The position numbers and the translations under genes are program-made. A DNA stretch of 64,000 nucleotides from a virus, in the IMG/VR virus record IMGVR_UViG_3300036853_000417, positions 1 to 64,000 of that record; one strand, 5' to 3'. Of this stretch, positions 28,570-38,583 are shown piece after piece. The stretch's first letter is position 1. Each line of letters begins with the position of its first letter. The notes below the pieces were generated by a model. That model was given only the letters and a program-made list of their open reading frames with translations, did no database searches and had not been told where the DNA came from.

Positions 28570-29452
28570 ACAGTGTCACCTTGTGGGTATGGGGCTGACT
28601 GGAGCGATGGTTGCATGGATACTCTATCAACATGGCTATACATTCACATGGGAGGATAATGACCAATCTGTTTGTGCCTGGAAAGCTTCAACAGGACTGA
28701 TTTACCCTTGTGGGGATGACGGAGAAATGAAAGCATACTCTATCTGGAAACAATGGCATGGAGGAAGAGCATCCTGGTCTGGTTGCCAGGTAATTGAAAA
28801 ATGTGTAGAAGCTGGATCATTCTGGTTTGTGACGAAGAATCCTCCCCACGGGGGAACCTATTCAATTGAGCGCTCAATTGGATTGCTGCATCTTGCCTCT
28901 CTTTCATCATATCACTTGAATGTTCAGCATTTTGTGCGGCAAACCAGGCAGATATTTTCTGCTTGCCGCAAAGATAGATCTCATGGTCAGATCATTATTG
29001 CGAATGGATATGGATCACGCCTCCACCATTATCTTTGGGGCTGGTCTGCTCGCGTTCACCTCTCTTTTTCACAGGATTTGCTCAATGCTTCCCCATTGCG
29101 TCCAACATTCTATTTACGTCGCTCACGTTATCAATTTGGATATGCCAATATCATTCCTGGGGAATCTGTCTATTATGCAGGTTCATCCCTCATTCATCAG
29201 GCTGAACCAAAATCCTTGAATATTGATTCTAAATATGAACGATGGAAACAACATGTATTTGATACAACTGGAGGCAAGATATGTGTAACAGGTGTTTTGG
29301 ACAGGCAAGAAGGATGGAGACCTGTATCAGACAAGCAAGATCTCGCATGGATTACACAAGAGAATGGGATGCTGATCGTGCGCCCAATGGGTAGCTCCGG
29401 GGTCCGTCTTGCCCCATTGCTATGTGAAGCATTGCTTAAAATACTGGGATAG
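28562..29452 (+). CDS. FAD-dependent oxidoreductase (DAO/glycine oxidase-like)
   Basis: VGMGLTG Rossmann motif, AWKASTGL, EGWRP, GSSGVRLAP. Confidence 0.8.
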   Translation: MAKQCHLVGMGLTGAMVAWILYQHGYTFTWEDNDQSVCAWKASTGLIYPCGDDGEMKAYSIWKQWHGGRASWSGCQVIEKCVEAGSFWFVTKNPPHGGTYSIERSIGLLHLASLSSYHLNVQHFVRQTRQIFSACRKDRSHGQIIIANGYGSRLHHYLWGWSARVHLSFSQDLLNASPLRPTFYLRRSRYQFGYANIIPGESVYYAGSSLIHQAEPKSLNIDSKYERWKQHVFDTTGGKICVTGVLDRQEGWRPVSDKQDLAWITQENGMLIVRPMGSSGVRLAPLLCEALLKILG

Positions 29453-29461
29453 GGGAAAGAT

Positions 29462-29995
29462 ATGCGCGAAACACCTGATTCAGCTTTGGCATTTGAGCGA
29501 TATTATGACCTGGGAGAGGATCGTACCTTAGCCCTTCTTGCCCAAAAAATGCGTCAGGAAATGATCAGACAACAACAGATCCTGAGGGATACCAAACCCA
29601 TACCAACAGAAGCAACACTGCTCTCTCGTTATAAGAAATGGTCAAAGGCACACAAATGGCAGGAGCATGTCATTCAGCGTGACCGCGCACAGGCAGAAAA
29701 GGACCGTAAGAAGAGGCTAAAAGCCATAGAGCAGATGAATGATGAACATTCACTGTTTGGACGAACACAGGCAATGCAGGCAGTAAGACAAATCAAAGAA
29801 TTGATTGATGCAAAGAAACTTGGGGCGCCTGCAGCAGTGCAGCTCTTTAAATATGCAACCGATCTGGAACGGGTAGCGCGGGGGGCTGCTACCGAAGTGG
29901 CACATCTTCAGCATACAGGTGAAGAAGGTGGACCAATTGTCATTAAGACCGAATGGGGGACGGTAAAACTTGATCGCAATGAAGAGGAGATATAA
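29462..29995 (+). CDS. Terminase small subunit (putative)
   Basis: N-terminal HTH-like segment, KWSK..KW.E, and position directly before terL. Confidence 0.75.
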   Translation: MRETPDSALAFERYYDLGEDRTLALLAQKMRQEMIRQQQILRDTKPIPTEATLLSRYKKWSKAHKWQEHVIQRDRAQAEKDRKKRLKAIEQMNDEHSLFGRTQAMQAVRQIKELIDAKKLGAPAAVQLFKYATDLERVARGAATEVAHLQHTGEEGGPIVIKTEWGTVKLDRNEEEI

Positions 29996-31332
29996 TGCCT
30001 ACTGCTACTCGCGAGTATCGCGTTCGGCTCTACACTCCTCATCCAGGTCAAGTCCCTCTCCATGAAAGTCGGGCGCGTTTTCGTGTGATAAATTGCGGCA
30101 GAAGATTCGGGAAAACGTATTTCGCCGCGAATGAAGAATGTAAGTTTGCCCTTGACCACAATGATGTTCTCTGCTGGTGGGTAGCTCCAACATATAGACA
30201 ATGTAAGATTGCCTATCGTTTGATGAAGAGAGCCTTAAAAGAGGTGCTGGTCAAGCATAGTGATACGGATCTTCGCTTAGAAATCATCAATGGTTCTGTT
30301 ATCGAGTGTCGGTCATGCGATAAACCAGACAACCTGCTTGGAGAAGGTATACACCTGCTCGTCGTTGATGAGGCCGCCATGCTTCCAGATAGCACGTGGT
30401 TCAATGTGCTGCGTCCCATGCTTTCAGACACAAATGGGAAAGCTATCTTTATCTCAACACCCAAGGGTCGCAACTGGTTTTACACGATGTACTTGCGGGG
30501 GTTGGACCCACTTCAGAAAGATTATGAGTCCTTTACCAGGCCCACATCCGCCAACCCCTACATTGATCCAGAAGAAATTGCGCATGCAAAAGAAGATTTG
30601 CCAGAGGATGTCTATGAGCAAGAATACCTGGCAGAATTTAAGGAGAATGCAGCGGGCGCGTTTCGGGGGATTGATGCCTGTATTGAAGGAGAGCTACAGG
30701 AGCCTCGCCCTGGAGTCATTTATGAAATTGGGTATGATGTAGCCAAGCATCGGGATTTTTCAGTGATCACGGTGCTCAATACTTCAACACAGCATGTAGA
30801 CTGGTGGTACAGGGTCAATCACGTGGATTACGTTGTTCAAGTCCAAGATTTAAAAGATATTGCAATGCGCTATAATAATGCGCACGTACTGATGGATGCT
30901 ACCGGCGTTGGGGACGCGGTGATGGAGATGGCACGCCTGGTTGGGGTCACTGTTGATGGATTTCTCTACACCAATACCTCTAAAACCAATCTTATTGGTG
31001 ATCTGATTGTGGGTATCCAGCACCGGGCCATTACATTTCCTGATATTCCGGTACTGGTCGGGGAGCTACGTGCAATGCAGGTCAAATATTTACCAAGTCG
31101 TCTGGTTCAATATGAAGCCCCTCCCGGCTATACGGATGATGGAGTGCATTCACTGGGTCTCTGCTACAAAGCAGGTGCAACAGGTGGTACAATAGCCTTA
31201 TCATCTTCTCATCAGGACAAGGGTGATGAACTTCCTGTACAACATCAATCTGATGATGATCTGATTATGGAGCGCCAGGCGCAGATGGCAAGATTGCTTG
31301 GACGTGTTCGTATTACATCAACATTTGGATAG
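29995..31332 (+). CDS. terL: Terminase large subunit
   Basis: CGRRFGKT, VVDEAA, ISTPKGRNWFY, GYDVAKHRDFS, DATGVG, DD.V. Confidence 0.95.
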   Translation: MPTATREYRVRLYTPHPGQVPLHESRARFRVINCGRRFGKTYFAANEECKFALDHNDVLCWWVAPTYRQCKIAYRLMKRALKEVLVKHSDTDLRLEIINGSVIECRSCDKPDNLLGEGIHLLVVDEAAMLPDSTWFNVLRPMLSDTNGKAIFISTPKGRNWFYTMYLRGLDPLQKDYESFTRPTSANPYIDPEEIAHAKEDLPEDVYEQEYLAEFKENAAGAFRGIDACIEGELQEPRPGVIYEIGYDVAKHRDFSVITVLNTSTQHVDWWYRVNHVDYVVQVQDLKDIAMRYNNAHVLMDATGVGDAVMEMARLVGVTVDGFLYTNTSKTNLIGDLIVGIQHRAITFPDIPVLVGELRAMQVKYLPSRLVQYEAPPGYTDDGVHSLGLCYKAGATGGTIALSSSHQDKGDELPVQHQSDDDLIMERQAQMARLLGRVRITSTFG

Positions 31333-31355
31333 ACTTGTACAGATGTGTGGAGAAC

Positions 31356-33089
31356 GTGGTGAGTAGGAGACGATACAAAAAAGCAAAAAAAGGAAATTGG
31401 CAACATCTTATTGAGAATGAAGAGTTGCGTACTGCATTCTTGCGCTTTGCACGAAGTATTCATACAGCAGAGGAATCGGCAGAGCAGATAGCAGTGCGTG
31501 CTGGCCGACCTGCTTCACAGTTTATCGATTTACGCGAGGCTGGTCGTATTCTGGACCGATATCCTCAGTTATCTGGTTATCTCTTGAGTATTCGAGAACG
31601 CCAGGAAGAGCTACAAGATGCTCAAATGAGGCATAAAGAATCCCCCACACATGAAGTATCTCAGGCTGCGGCGCTTGGAGGATGGGCAGGATATCAAAAT
31701 GTGACACCACAGGGAGTCCCTAATGCACGTGCCTTGCGCAATTTTGCAGATGAATGTGAATTTGTAGCGGCAAGTATTAATCATTATTGTGATCGTATCA
31801 GCAGATTTAAACTAACGGTACTCCCCATCGATGAACAAAAACCATATAATCGCTCAGTTGAAAAAGAGATGATTGCGCTTCTTGAAAATCCTAATGAACT
31901 GGGAGATACCGTTGCTGATATTGTAAGTACCATCACTCGTGATTATCTTACCATTGGACGCGGCATTATCAGCAAAGCAATGTCAGTGCGGCGCATTCCT
32001 ACAACGCTCTATATGGAGGATGCAGCCCTGTTTCGGATTGATCCAAAGTGGAGTGGAAATGCTGAAGAACCTCGCTATCTCTACCAACCAAATTCACAGA
32101 CAAAGATCCCACTACGCAATGATGAGATTATTTGCTTACTTTGCGGTCCATCCACCTTTCGTCTATCATTTTCTCCTGTCCAGATCTTGAGAAACACCAT
32201 TCTCTCTGACCTCAAAGCGACAGAGAGCGCATCCCGACTGGTCGAGCACAAACCTCCTCCTCACCTTGTTCAACTGCCAGGAGCCAGCGCAGCACAAATT
32301 GATCGTTTGCGATCAACCTATGATGCAGATATTGCAGGACATCGTGAGATCATGTTTCTGGGTGGCCCTAACCCGGCGCAGATCAAACCGATGATTTTCT
32401 CATTGCGGGACAATCAGTGGATGGAGTGGCTTGAATATCTGGCACGCAAAATAGCTGTTGTGTTTGGACTGTCTATACAAGATCTTTCCTTCACCGGAGA
32501 TGTCAACAGGGCAACCGCAACCAGCCAGCAAGAGCTATCAGAAAGCAAGGGACTTATCCCACTGATGCTTCGTATTGAAATGTATTTCCATCATCATCTT
32601 CTTTCAGATTTTGCTCCTAAGCGAAATGGTATTCCAGATATGCGTGCGCTCAACTTACGTGTTGCATATCCTGAGATTGGAGAAGCTATGCGTATGCTTC
32701 ATGTAGAGCAAACAATCCATCTGGCAACAAAAAGTCTTGCTGGTCTTCCCTCGCAAACGCTCAATCAGGTGCTCACTGCGCAGGGGTTAGAGCCTGTGCC
32801 AGGAGGAAATACTTTTTATCTCAAAACAGCAACCGGCGCTATTCCCTGGTTGTCTTATGACAATGATTTTGGTCCGACCATTCAGGAGAATCCAACAGAA
32901 GAAGAGAATAATTCTCAAAATCCCACGAATGAAGAGGAGAACAAGAGCTATCGCACCCCAAAGCGAGCAACCATTCAAAAATCACATCCATATGATAAGG
33001 AGGCACGCGATACTTTGGGTACCGCAATAGAACATATTTTCCACTCGATAGAAAAGCAAGGATCAGAGCAATTGAGGAGGCTACAATGA
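31356..33089 (+). CDS. Portal protein
   Basis: Follows terL; LLENPN, SPVQIL, RKIAVVFGL...DVNRATA HK97-portal-like motifs. Confidence 0.85.
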   Translation: MVSRRRYKKAKKGNWQHLIENEELRTAFLRFARSIHTAEESAEQIAVRAGRPASQFIDLREAGRILDRYPQLSGYLLSIRERQEELQDAQMRHKESPTHEVSQAAALGGWAGYQNVTPQGVPNARALRNFADECEFVAASINHYCDRISRFKLTVLPIDEQKPYNRSVEKEMIALLENPNELGDTVADIVSTITRDYLTIGRGIISKAMSVRRIPTTLYMEDAALFRIDPKWSGNAEEPRYLYQPNSQTKIPLRNDEIICLLCGPSTFRLSFSPVQILRNTILSDLKATESASRLVEHKPPPHLVQLPGASAAQIDRLRSTYDADIAGHREIMFLGGPNPAQIKPMIFSLRDNQWMEWLEYLARKIAVVFGLSIQDLSFTGDVNRATATSQQELSESKGLIPLMLRIEMYFHHHLLSDFAPKRNGIPDMRALNLRVAYPEIGEAMRMLHVEQTIHLATKSLAGLPSQTLNQVLTAQGLEPVPGGNTFYLKTATGAIPWLSYDNDFGPTIQENPTEEENNSQNPTNEEENKSYRTPKRATIQKSHPYDKEARDTLGTAIEHIFHSIEKQGSEQLRRLQ

Positions 33090-33896
33090 TCATTGAAATT
33101 CGAGAAATTAAGGAAATTCCAACATACAGGACTATTCTTGTGATCTATTAGGAGAGAAGAAATGTCAATAGAAGAAATGTGCGCAACACAAACGAGTCTT
33201 CCACTGATCGAGGGAGTTGCTAAAAAGATTGGCATGATCAGAGAACGTATCTATTGTCCTCCAAAATGTCCTCCACTTCGTTGTTTTACTTTCCAAAAGT
33301 ATGGGTATACGTGGCAGGGAGTTCTTTTTGAAGATGGATATATTTGCATTCGTGGGAGATCAGCAAAAGGGGATGCAGTGACCTGCCAGTATAGCGATCT
33401 TGAAGAAATGATGAGAATTCGTAGTTTAAAGCAAGCAGACATTCACTGGATGGAAAATGAGTAAGAACACTATCTGTGAAATATGTGGAGGAATATTGCG
33501 TGTTGAGTATGTCATTACCTTTGAGCAATGTACACCACGTGAAATGAGGGTAGAACCTTCTCCATTTCCTCAAGATGCACGACTCTGTGCAGGGCATGAT
33601 GCTCTTGCACCCAAAGACACCGTATCACTACTCAAAGAAGCACTTTCTGACGGATTGCATGCTGAGGGTGCTCACCATAAACAGCATGCACTCTGGAGGC
33701 TTGCAAAAATCCTGGGATTAGAACATTTGTTTGAAGATGGAGAAGAGAGAGGAATTGCATGATGATGATACTTGCCGATGTTGGTATCAATGGGGAAATG
33801 CTTTTTAATGATTTCATCACAGCTTTGATGGTGGTAATCTTGATGGCAGTGCTCTTTGGTGTTTTTCGGTGGTGGACACCAAGATAGGAGAAGATT

Positions 33897-34523
33897 ATGG
33901 CTCGTATTCGTTGCTTCCTTTTAGAGGAGACAGAGCGTGTTGCAGTCTATTTCCGTCGCTATAATAGCACTGCCTTCAAAAAAGGAACCTGTCCAGTACA
34001 TGATGATTATCATAATGCTTCTGTTCGTATTGAAGATGAGTTAGTAGAGAAGGATGAACGAGGATATATTGTCAATGGCAGCAAGCCAGCCTCACACGAC
34101 GATCCTCGCTGGCCGAAAATCTGTGCTTGTGGATATATCTTTCGTCCAGAGGATGAGTGGCAACGTGATGCCCATCTCCTCTATTGGAGACGGGATACTG
34201 GAGAGGAAATGATTCTGCGCAATGCTCCACCAGGTGCAATGTGGTATGCCTGGTGGTTTGATGATATCTATCAACCACAGGGCAAGCATTGTCTGGTCAT
34301 CAGGATGCCAGGAGGAGGGGAATGGATAGTGGATAGCCAGGCCAAAAATTGTAGCATGCCAGAAGATAGAAAGCAGGAGAAACATCATTGTTGGATACTT
34401 CATGGTGACCCTCCTAATGTCACAGTAGACAAGCAGGGAGCCTCTACCTGTGCAGCAGGGTCTGGAAGTGTTCAGATGCAGAATTGGCATGGTTTTTTGA
34501 GAAATGGTTTTTTAGAAGAATAG
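33897..34523 (+). CDS. Cys/His-rich putative metal-binding protein
   Basis: PPGAMW...EWIVD...HHCW...WHGFLRNG. Confidence 0.65.
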   Translation: MARIRCFLLEETERVAVYFRRYNSTAFKKGTCPVHDDYHNASVRIEDELVEKDERGYIVNGSKPASHDDPRWPKICACGYIFRPEDEWQRDAHLLYWRRDTGEEMILRNAPPGAMWYAWWFDDIYQPQGKHCLVIRMPGGGEWIVDSQAKNCSMPEDRKQEKHHCWILHGDPPNVTVDKQGASTCAAGSGSVQMQNWHGFLRNGFLEE

Positions 34524-34735
34524 GAGAAATACATGTCTTATTCTGCTGTTGGGCAGTGTACCAGGTGTGGTGCTCCGATCTATGCAGAATATCCCTGGAT
34601 GGCAGTTACTCCCCCTCCATTTCGTTATTCCTGTCTCTGTTGGGTTTCTGTGAAAAAAGGGAGACCATTCTACAAAACAACTTCAGGAACAACGGTAGAT
34701 GAACAAGATACAAAAAACAAGGAACAACAGAAAAC

Positions 34736-35173
34736 ATGATGACAGAAAGAACAGCAGAGGGTCAGATTATCAACGGAGATGCTTTAATTGTGTTGAAAAA
34801 TCTACCTACACACTCGGTAGATTCCATTGTTACTGATCCACCTGGTGGGATTTTCTTTATGGGCAAAGAATGGGATAGCGATAAGGGTGGGCGAGATCAA
34901 TGGATCGCATGGTTAGCGTCAATTATGCAAGAGGCTCGCCGTGTGATCAAACCTGGGGGTCATGCTTTGGTATGGTCACTTCCTCGTACTGCACATTGGA
35001 CTGCAATAGCGTTAGAAGATGCAGGATGGGAAATAAGGGATAGTGTGCATCACATCTTCGGAAGCGGTATGCCCAAAAGTCATAATATAAGTAAAGCGGT
35101 AGAATCTGAGATAGTAAAACAACTGCAACTAAAAGGGATAGTATTTACTAGTTGGGAGGATGAACATGAATGA
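34736..35173 (+). CDS. DNA amino-methyltransferase, N-terminal half (split gene)
   Basis: GDAL..L..SVDSIVTDPPG..FMGKEWD...RVIKPGGH...FGSGMPKSHNISKA. Confidence 0.88.
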   Translation: MMTERTAEGQIINGDALIVLKNLPTHSVDSIVTDPPGGIFFMGKEWDSDKGGRDQWIAWLASIMQEARRVIKPGGHALVWSLPRTAHWTAIALEDAGWEIRDSVHHIFGSGMPKSHNISKAVESEIVKQLQLKGIVFTSWEDEHE

Positions 35174-35933
35174 GTTTTTCAAATCTATCTATGTATTGCG
35201 CTTCTTTGCCCCATATAGAGCGATGACAAGATACACACAATGTTATTCCATTAGTAATATCAAGAATACGTTCAGGACATTCTCTGACTGGATGTATGTG
35301 ATGTGCTTGTATGTCTCCATTGCTAGGCTTATTGCACATTTGGCAGGTATAATTATCACGTTCATATACAGATTTGCGCCAGTCTTTGTACTCAAATTGA
35401 CCATGAATAATAGCTCGATATTTAGTAATTCCTCCATTTTTCCAATTAGGATGAAGATGTTGACGATATTTTCCTTTAAGGCTGCTAGAAATCTTTTTAC
35501 GGGTAGTATCAGCAAGCTTGGCCCCGTATCGTGGGGAATTCTCTCCTATACGGCTTTTTGCATAATCACTCAATTCTTGTTTACGTTGAGCAGACAAGGG
35601 AATACCCTTGTTCCAACCAGCACATTTTTCAGTTTTATCTCGAATTGGAATTTCGTATTCATGCAACAATTTACTAATACTACTTTCAGACGAACCCAGT
35701 TGACGCCATATAGTATCTATACTCAATTCCTGATTTACATACAGTTCATGCAATTGTTCTTTACTAGATGCCACAGGACGTTGTGCAAGATGCCTGTCAC
35801 GAATGGGAATATCATATTTTCTCAACCAATTACTAATAGTTTGGCTAGAATTGACTCCTACAAGTGCAGCAATTTCAACTGTGGTCAAATTTTCAGTAAC
35901 ATACAAATTATACAAAGTGTCTTTGTCCAGCAT
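35148..35933 (-). CDS. HNH homing endonuclease with repeated HTH/NUMOD DNA-binding modules
   Basis: Two LY...L...I...L..Y.IPIR repeats, GWNKG, HPNWKNGG, WRKSVYERDNYTCQMC...AHHI...NGITLCVSCH. Confidence 0.92.
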   Translation of the reverse strand: MLDKDTLYNLYVTENLTTVEIAALVGVNSSQTISNWLRKYDIPIRDRHLAQRPVASSKEQLHELYVNQELSIDTIWRQLGSSESSISKLLHEYEIPIRDKTEKCAGWNKGIPLSAQRKQELSDYAKSRIGENSPRYGAKLADTTRKKISSSLKGKYRQHLHPNWKNGGITKYRAIIHGQFEYKDWRKSVYERDNYTCQMCNKPSNGDIQAHHIHPVRECPERILDITNGITLCVSCHRSIWGKEAQYIDRFEKLIHVHPPN

Positions 35934-35946
35934 GGGAGGCTCCTTT

Positions 35947-36981
35947 ATGCAGTACCATAACTTTCCTAATTATAACACAACAGAAGAAATTATACAAGTT
36001 ACTGTATATGGAAGAACGTTAAATCTTATCAGACGTAATGGGAGATTTGTGAAACCTATTGAACTAAAAGAACTAGAAGGGAATGGGACTGGGATGAAGC
36101 CCTCTCATGAAGTATGGTGGCTGGCGCGTGCTCCTCTTTCAGAATCTACTGTAGCTGCTAATGTCCTAAAACATGGTACTGGTGCACTCAATATTGATGC
36201 CAGTCGAGTCTCATATGTGAGTGAGAAAGATGGACAACCTAAAGATTATAGCAATAGCAAAGGGATAGGAACCTATCAGGAAAGTTGTAAAGAACAGGGT
36301 GCCCGCAAATACGCAGATGGTTTTTCTTATCTTAAAAATAACTTTGTTGCACAGACTCCTGCCAATGGTCGATGGCCTGCTAATCTTCTGTTTTCTCACA
36401 CTTTATTTTGTACTGAGGAGCAATGTACAGAAGATTGTCCGATAGTGCTACTAGATAAACAGAGCGGGGTGAGGAAAAGCGTAAGAAGCCTAAGAGGCGG
36501 TGTGAAGCTCACCGGGACAACGTATAGCCCTCGATTTAAGCAAGAAATCAGCGAATATGAATGTGGCTACAATGATCAAGGTGGAGCTTCCCGTTTCTTT
36601 CAGCAATTTTACTACTGCCCTAAAGCTTCACAATCTGAAAGAGAATCAGGTTGCGAACATCTTTCTGAGCACAATGGATTTGATAAAAACACCAGTAAGC
36701 AGATAGCGCACATCAATCACGAAACAGGGAATACGACCTATTCAGAGTATTCCCCAAGTGTGCGTAAAAATAATCATCCAACGGTAAAGCCTGTAAATCT
36801 TTTGAAGTATCTTATCAGGATGATTACGCCTCCTGGTGGAACAGTTCTTGACATGTTTGCAGGAAGTGGGAGTACTGGGCTGGCAGCAATACAGGATGGA
36901 TGTACCTTTATTCTCATTGAAAAAGAGATTGAGTATGTAGAGATTGCACGTGCAAGGATAGCCGCTATCCAGAATGGATGA
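35947..36981 (+). CDS. DNA amino-methyltransferase, C-terminal half (split gene)
   Basis: GTGMKPSHE..WLARAP, GRWPANL, GGASRFF, NNHPTVKP, LDMFAGSGSTG; own ATG with GGGAGG RBS. Confidence 0.88.
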   Translation: MQYHNFPNYNTTEEIIQVTVYGRTLNLIRRNGRFVKPIELKELEGNGTGMKPSHEVWWLARAPLSESTVAANVLKHGTGALNIDASRVSYVSEKDGQPKDYSNSKGIGTYQESCKEQGARKYADGFSYLKNNFVAQTPANGRWPANLLFSHTLFCTEEQCTEDCPIVLLDKQSGVRKSVRSLRGGVKLTGTTYSPRFKQEISEYECGYNDQGGASRFFQQFYYCPKASQSERESGCEHLSEHNGFDKNTSKQIAHINHETGNTTYSEYSPSVRKNNHPTVKPVNLLKYLIRMITPPGGTVLDMFAGSGSTGLAAIQDGCTFILIEKEIEYVEIARARIAAIQNG

Positions 36982-37534
36982 AAGAAAGATGACGAAAGAA
37001 CACTATAAAAAAACAATAGATCTCAGGGAATATCCCTATCCGGCCCTGATTCTTCCCTGTGAGTCAGGAATCCTTTTTGAGCAGCAAACAGGAGGGTTGG
37101 CGTGTTCACACCATCAAATAGAAGGGTTGTTCTTGCCACTTCCTGTACAGAGTCATAACTTACACATGTTTATGGAAGCACTGGAAGTCATTCATCCAGG
37201 ATGCTATGGACACTCCCTGACATTTGAAGAGGCATGTAAACTCGATGATGCTGTTATTAAAAGATATAATGTACCATTAGAGGTAAATAAAGAAAAGCGA
37301 GGAGAAAGCACAGAAGCATGGGTACATGTACGTATTATGGGGAAGGATGACAAATGGCCGTATAGACCAGGGAGTTCTGAACTATGGGATTTTCAGCGGT
37401 TTGCCAAAAAAATGAAACCAGACATCACCAAAGAAGAAATTATCCAGATTCTTCATAAGAACATCCTTGAATGCTCTACTCTGGCAGATTTTGCAGGAGA
37501 AGGGGCTATTTTGACCTGGGAGAATTGTGACTGA
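36974..37534 (+). CDS. DUF6210-like protein
   Basis: QTGGLAC...EGLFLPL...EAWVHV...LTWENCD. Confidence 0.65.
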   Translation: MDERKMTKEHYKKTIDLREYPYPALILPCESGILFEQQTGGLACSHHQIEGLFLPLPVQSHNLHMFMEALEVIHPGCYGHSLTFEEACKLDDAVIKRYNVPLEVNKEKRGESTEAWVHVRIMGKDDKWPYRPGSSELWDFQRFAKKMKPDITKEEIIQILHKNILECSTLADFAGEGAILTWENCD

Positions 37535-38196
37535 TGACAGATGCAGAGCTGATTACAACCATTCTCAATGTCTATAGTTTCCAGGATCAGGAGATTACCA
37601 CTCTCTCTGAGGCTATTGTTGATGCGCGTCTGCTTTCCATGCGGGTATCCTACCAGCACGCACAAAAGGTTGTTGGGGTGCCTGTAAACTGGGAACCATC
37701 TGGAAGCATGCGAAGTCGAATTACCAGGCAAAGTCAGAAGGATGCGCATGGGATTGCTACAACATTTAGGAATCTCCTGACATCACTGCTTGAAGATCTT
37801 TTCCAGGTCAAGCATGTTGCCAGTTGGCAAGACATCTTTGGAACACTTTCAGAGGCTGTATCCAGTGTTATTGCTCATATTAAAGAATGGATACGCGATC
37901 TGCTTCCCTGGAAAGGACAACAAATTATCAATGCTTCATGTGGCACCGGACTAAATGAAGGGCTGGATACTTTTATGAAAGATCTTGCCAATGGAGATAT
38001 CATTGATGATTCAGGGAAACCGCTCAGTATTGAGTACATGACTGACTATGCAGTTCGCGTACTTCCGGTAGAATCAAGTGATGATATTTGTCGTGATTAT
38101 GCAGGAGTTACTTTTGCGCTATCCGATTACGATCTCATCCCTGCGTTCCCTGTCCATGTAAATTGTCCACATTATAAAGAAATTCTTCAAAGATAG
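37534..38196 (+). CDS. Head morphogenesis (Mu gpF/SPP1 gp7-like) protein
   Basis: C-terminal IC...PVHVNCPH; lies between portal and protease. Confidence 0.6.
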   Translation: MTDAELITTILNVYSFQDQEITTLSEAIVDARLLSMRVSYQHAQKVVGVPVNWEPSGSMRSRITRQSQKDAHGIATTFRNLLTSLLEDLFQVKHVASWQDIFGTLSEAVSSVIAHIKEWIRDLLPWKGQQIINASCGTGLNEGLDTFMKDLANGDIIDDSGKPLSIEYMTDYAVRVLPVESSDDICRDYAGVTFALSDYDLIPAFPVHVNCPHYKEILQR

Positions 38197-38210
38197 AGGA
38201 GGACGACCGT

Positions 38211-38513
38211 ATGTACTACCGTCAGAATGAGCATATTGTTGAGACTGATAATATTGATGCAATTCAACGCGCCTATCTTACCGAAGAGGAGGATGGTGTA
38301 AAGCTTCTGCATGTAACATTTGTACTCAAACCGGATGCAAATATTACAACGCCTGAGTCCTTTCATCTTACCAATGGGGTAGAACACCGCTTATTACATA
38401 TTCCACCAGAGGAGCCTGCTCCTCCGTCTGAAGAGCCTTTTCCTCCACCAGAGGAGCCTGCTCCTCCGTCTGAAGAACAAGTACAGGAAGACGAAAAGCC
38501 TGTTGAGGATTAG
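38211..38513 (+). CDS. Small protein with a Pro/Glu tandem repeat
   Basis: 33-bp direct repeat at 38402-38434 and 38444-38476 (PPEEPAPPSEE x2). Confidence 0.65.
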   Translation: MYYRQNEHIVETDNIDAIQRAYLTEEEDGVKLLHVTFVLKPDANITTPESFHLTNGVEHRLLHIPPEEPAPPSEEPFPPPEEPAPPSEEQVQEDEKPVED

Positions 38514-38583
38514 TCGTTGTTTAGTGGTGTCTATCCGAATAAGCTTATTTGGATAGACACTCAAGTGGTAAGGTGGTAATGAA

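Noticed and set aside
35160-35960. 266-aa + strand ORF apparently bridging the two methyltransferase halves
   Set aside because: Antisense shadow of the HNH gene, with no methyltransferase motifs.
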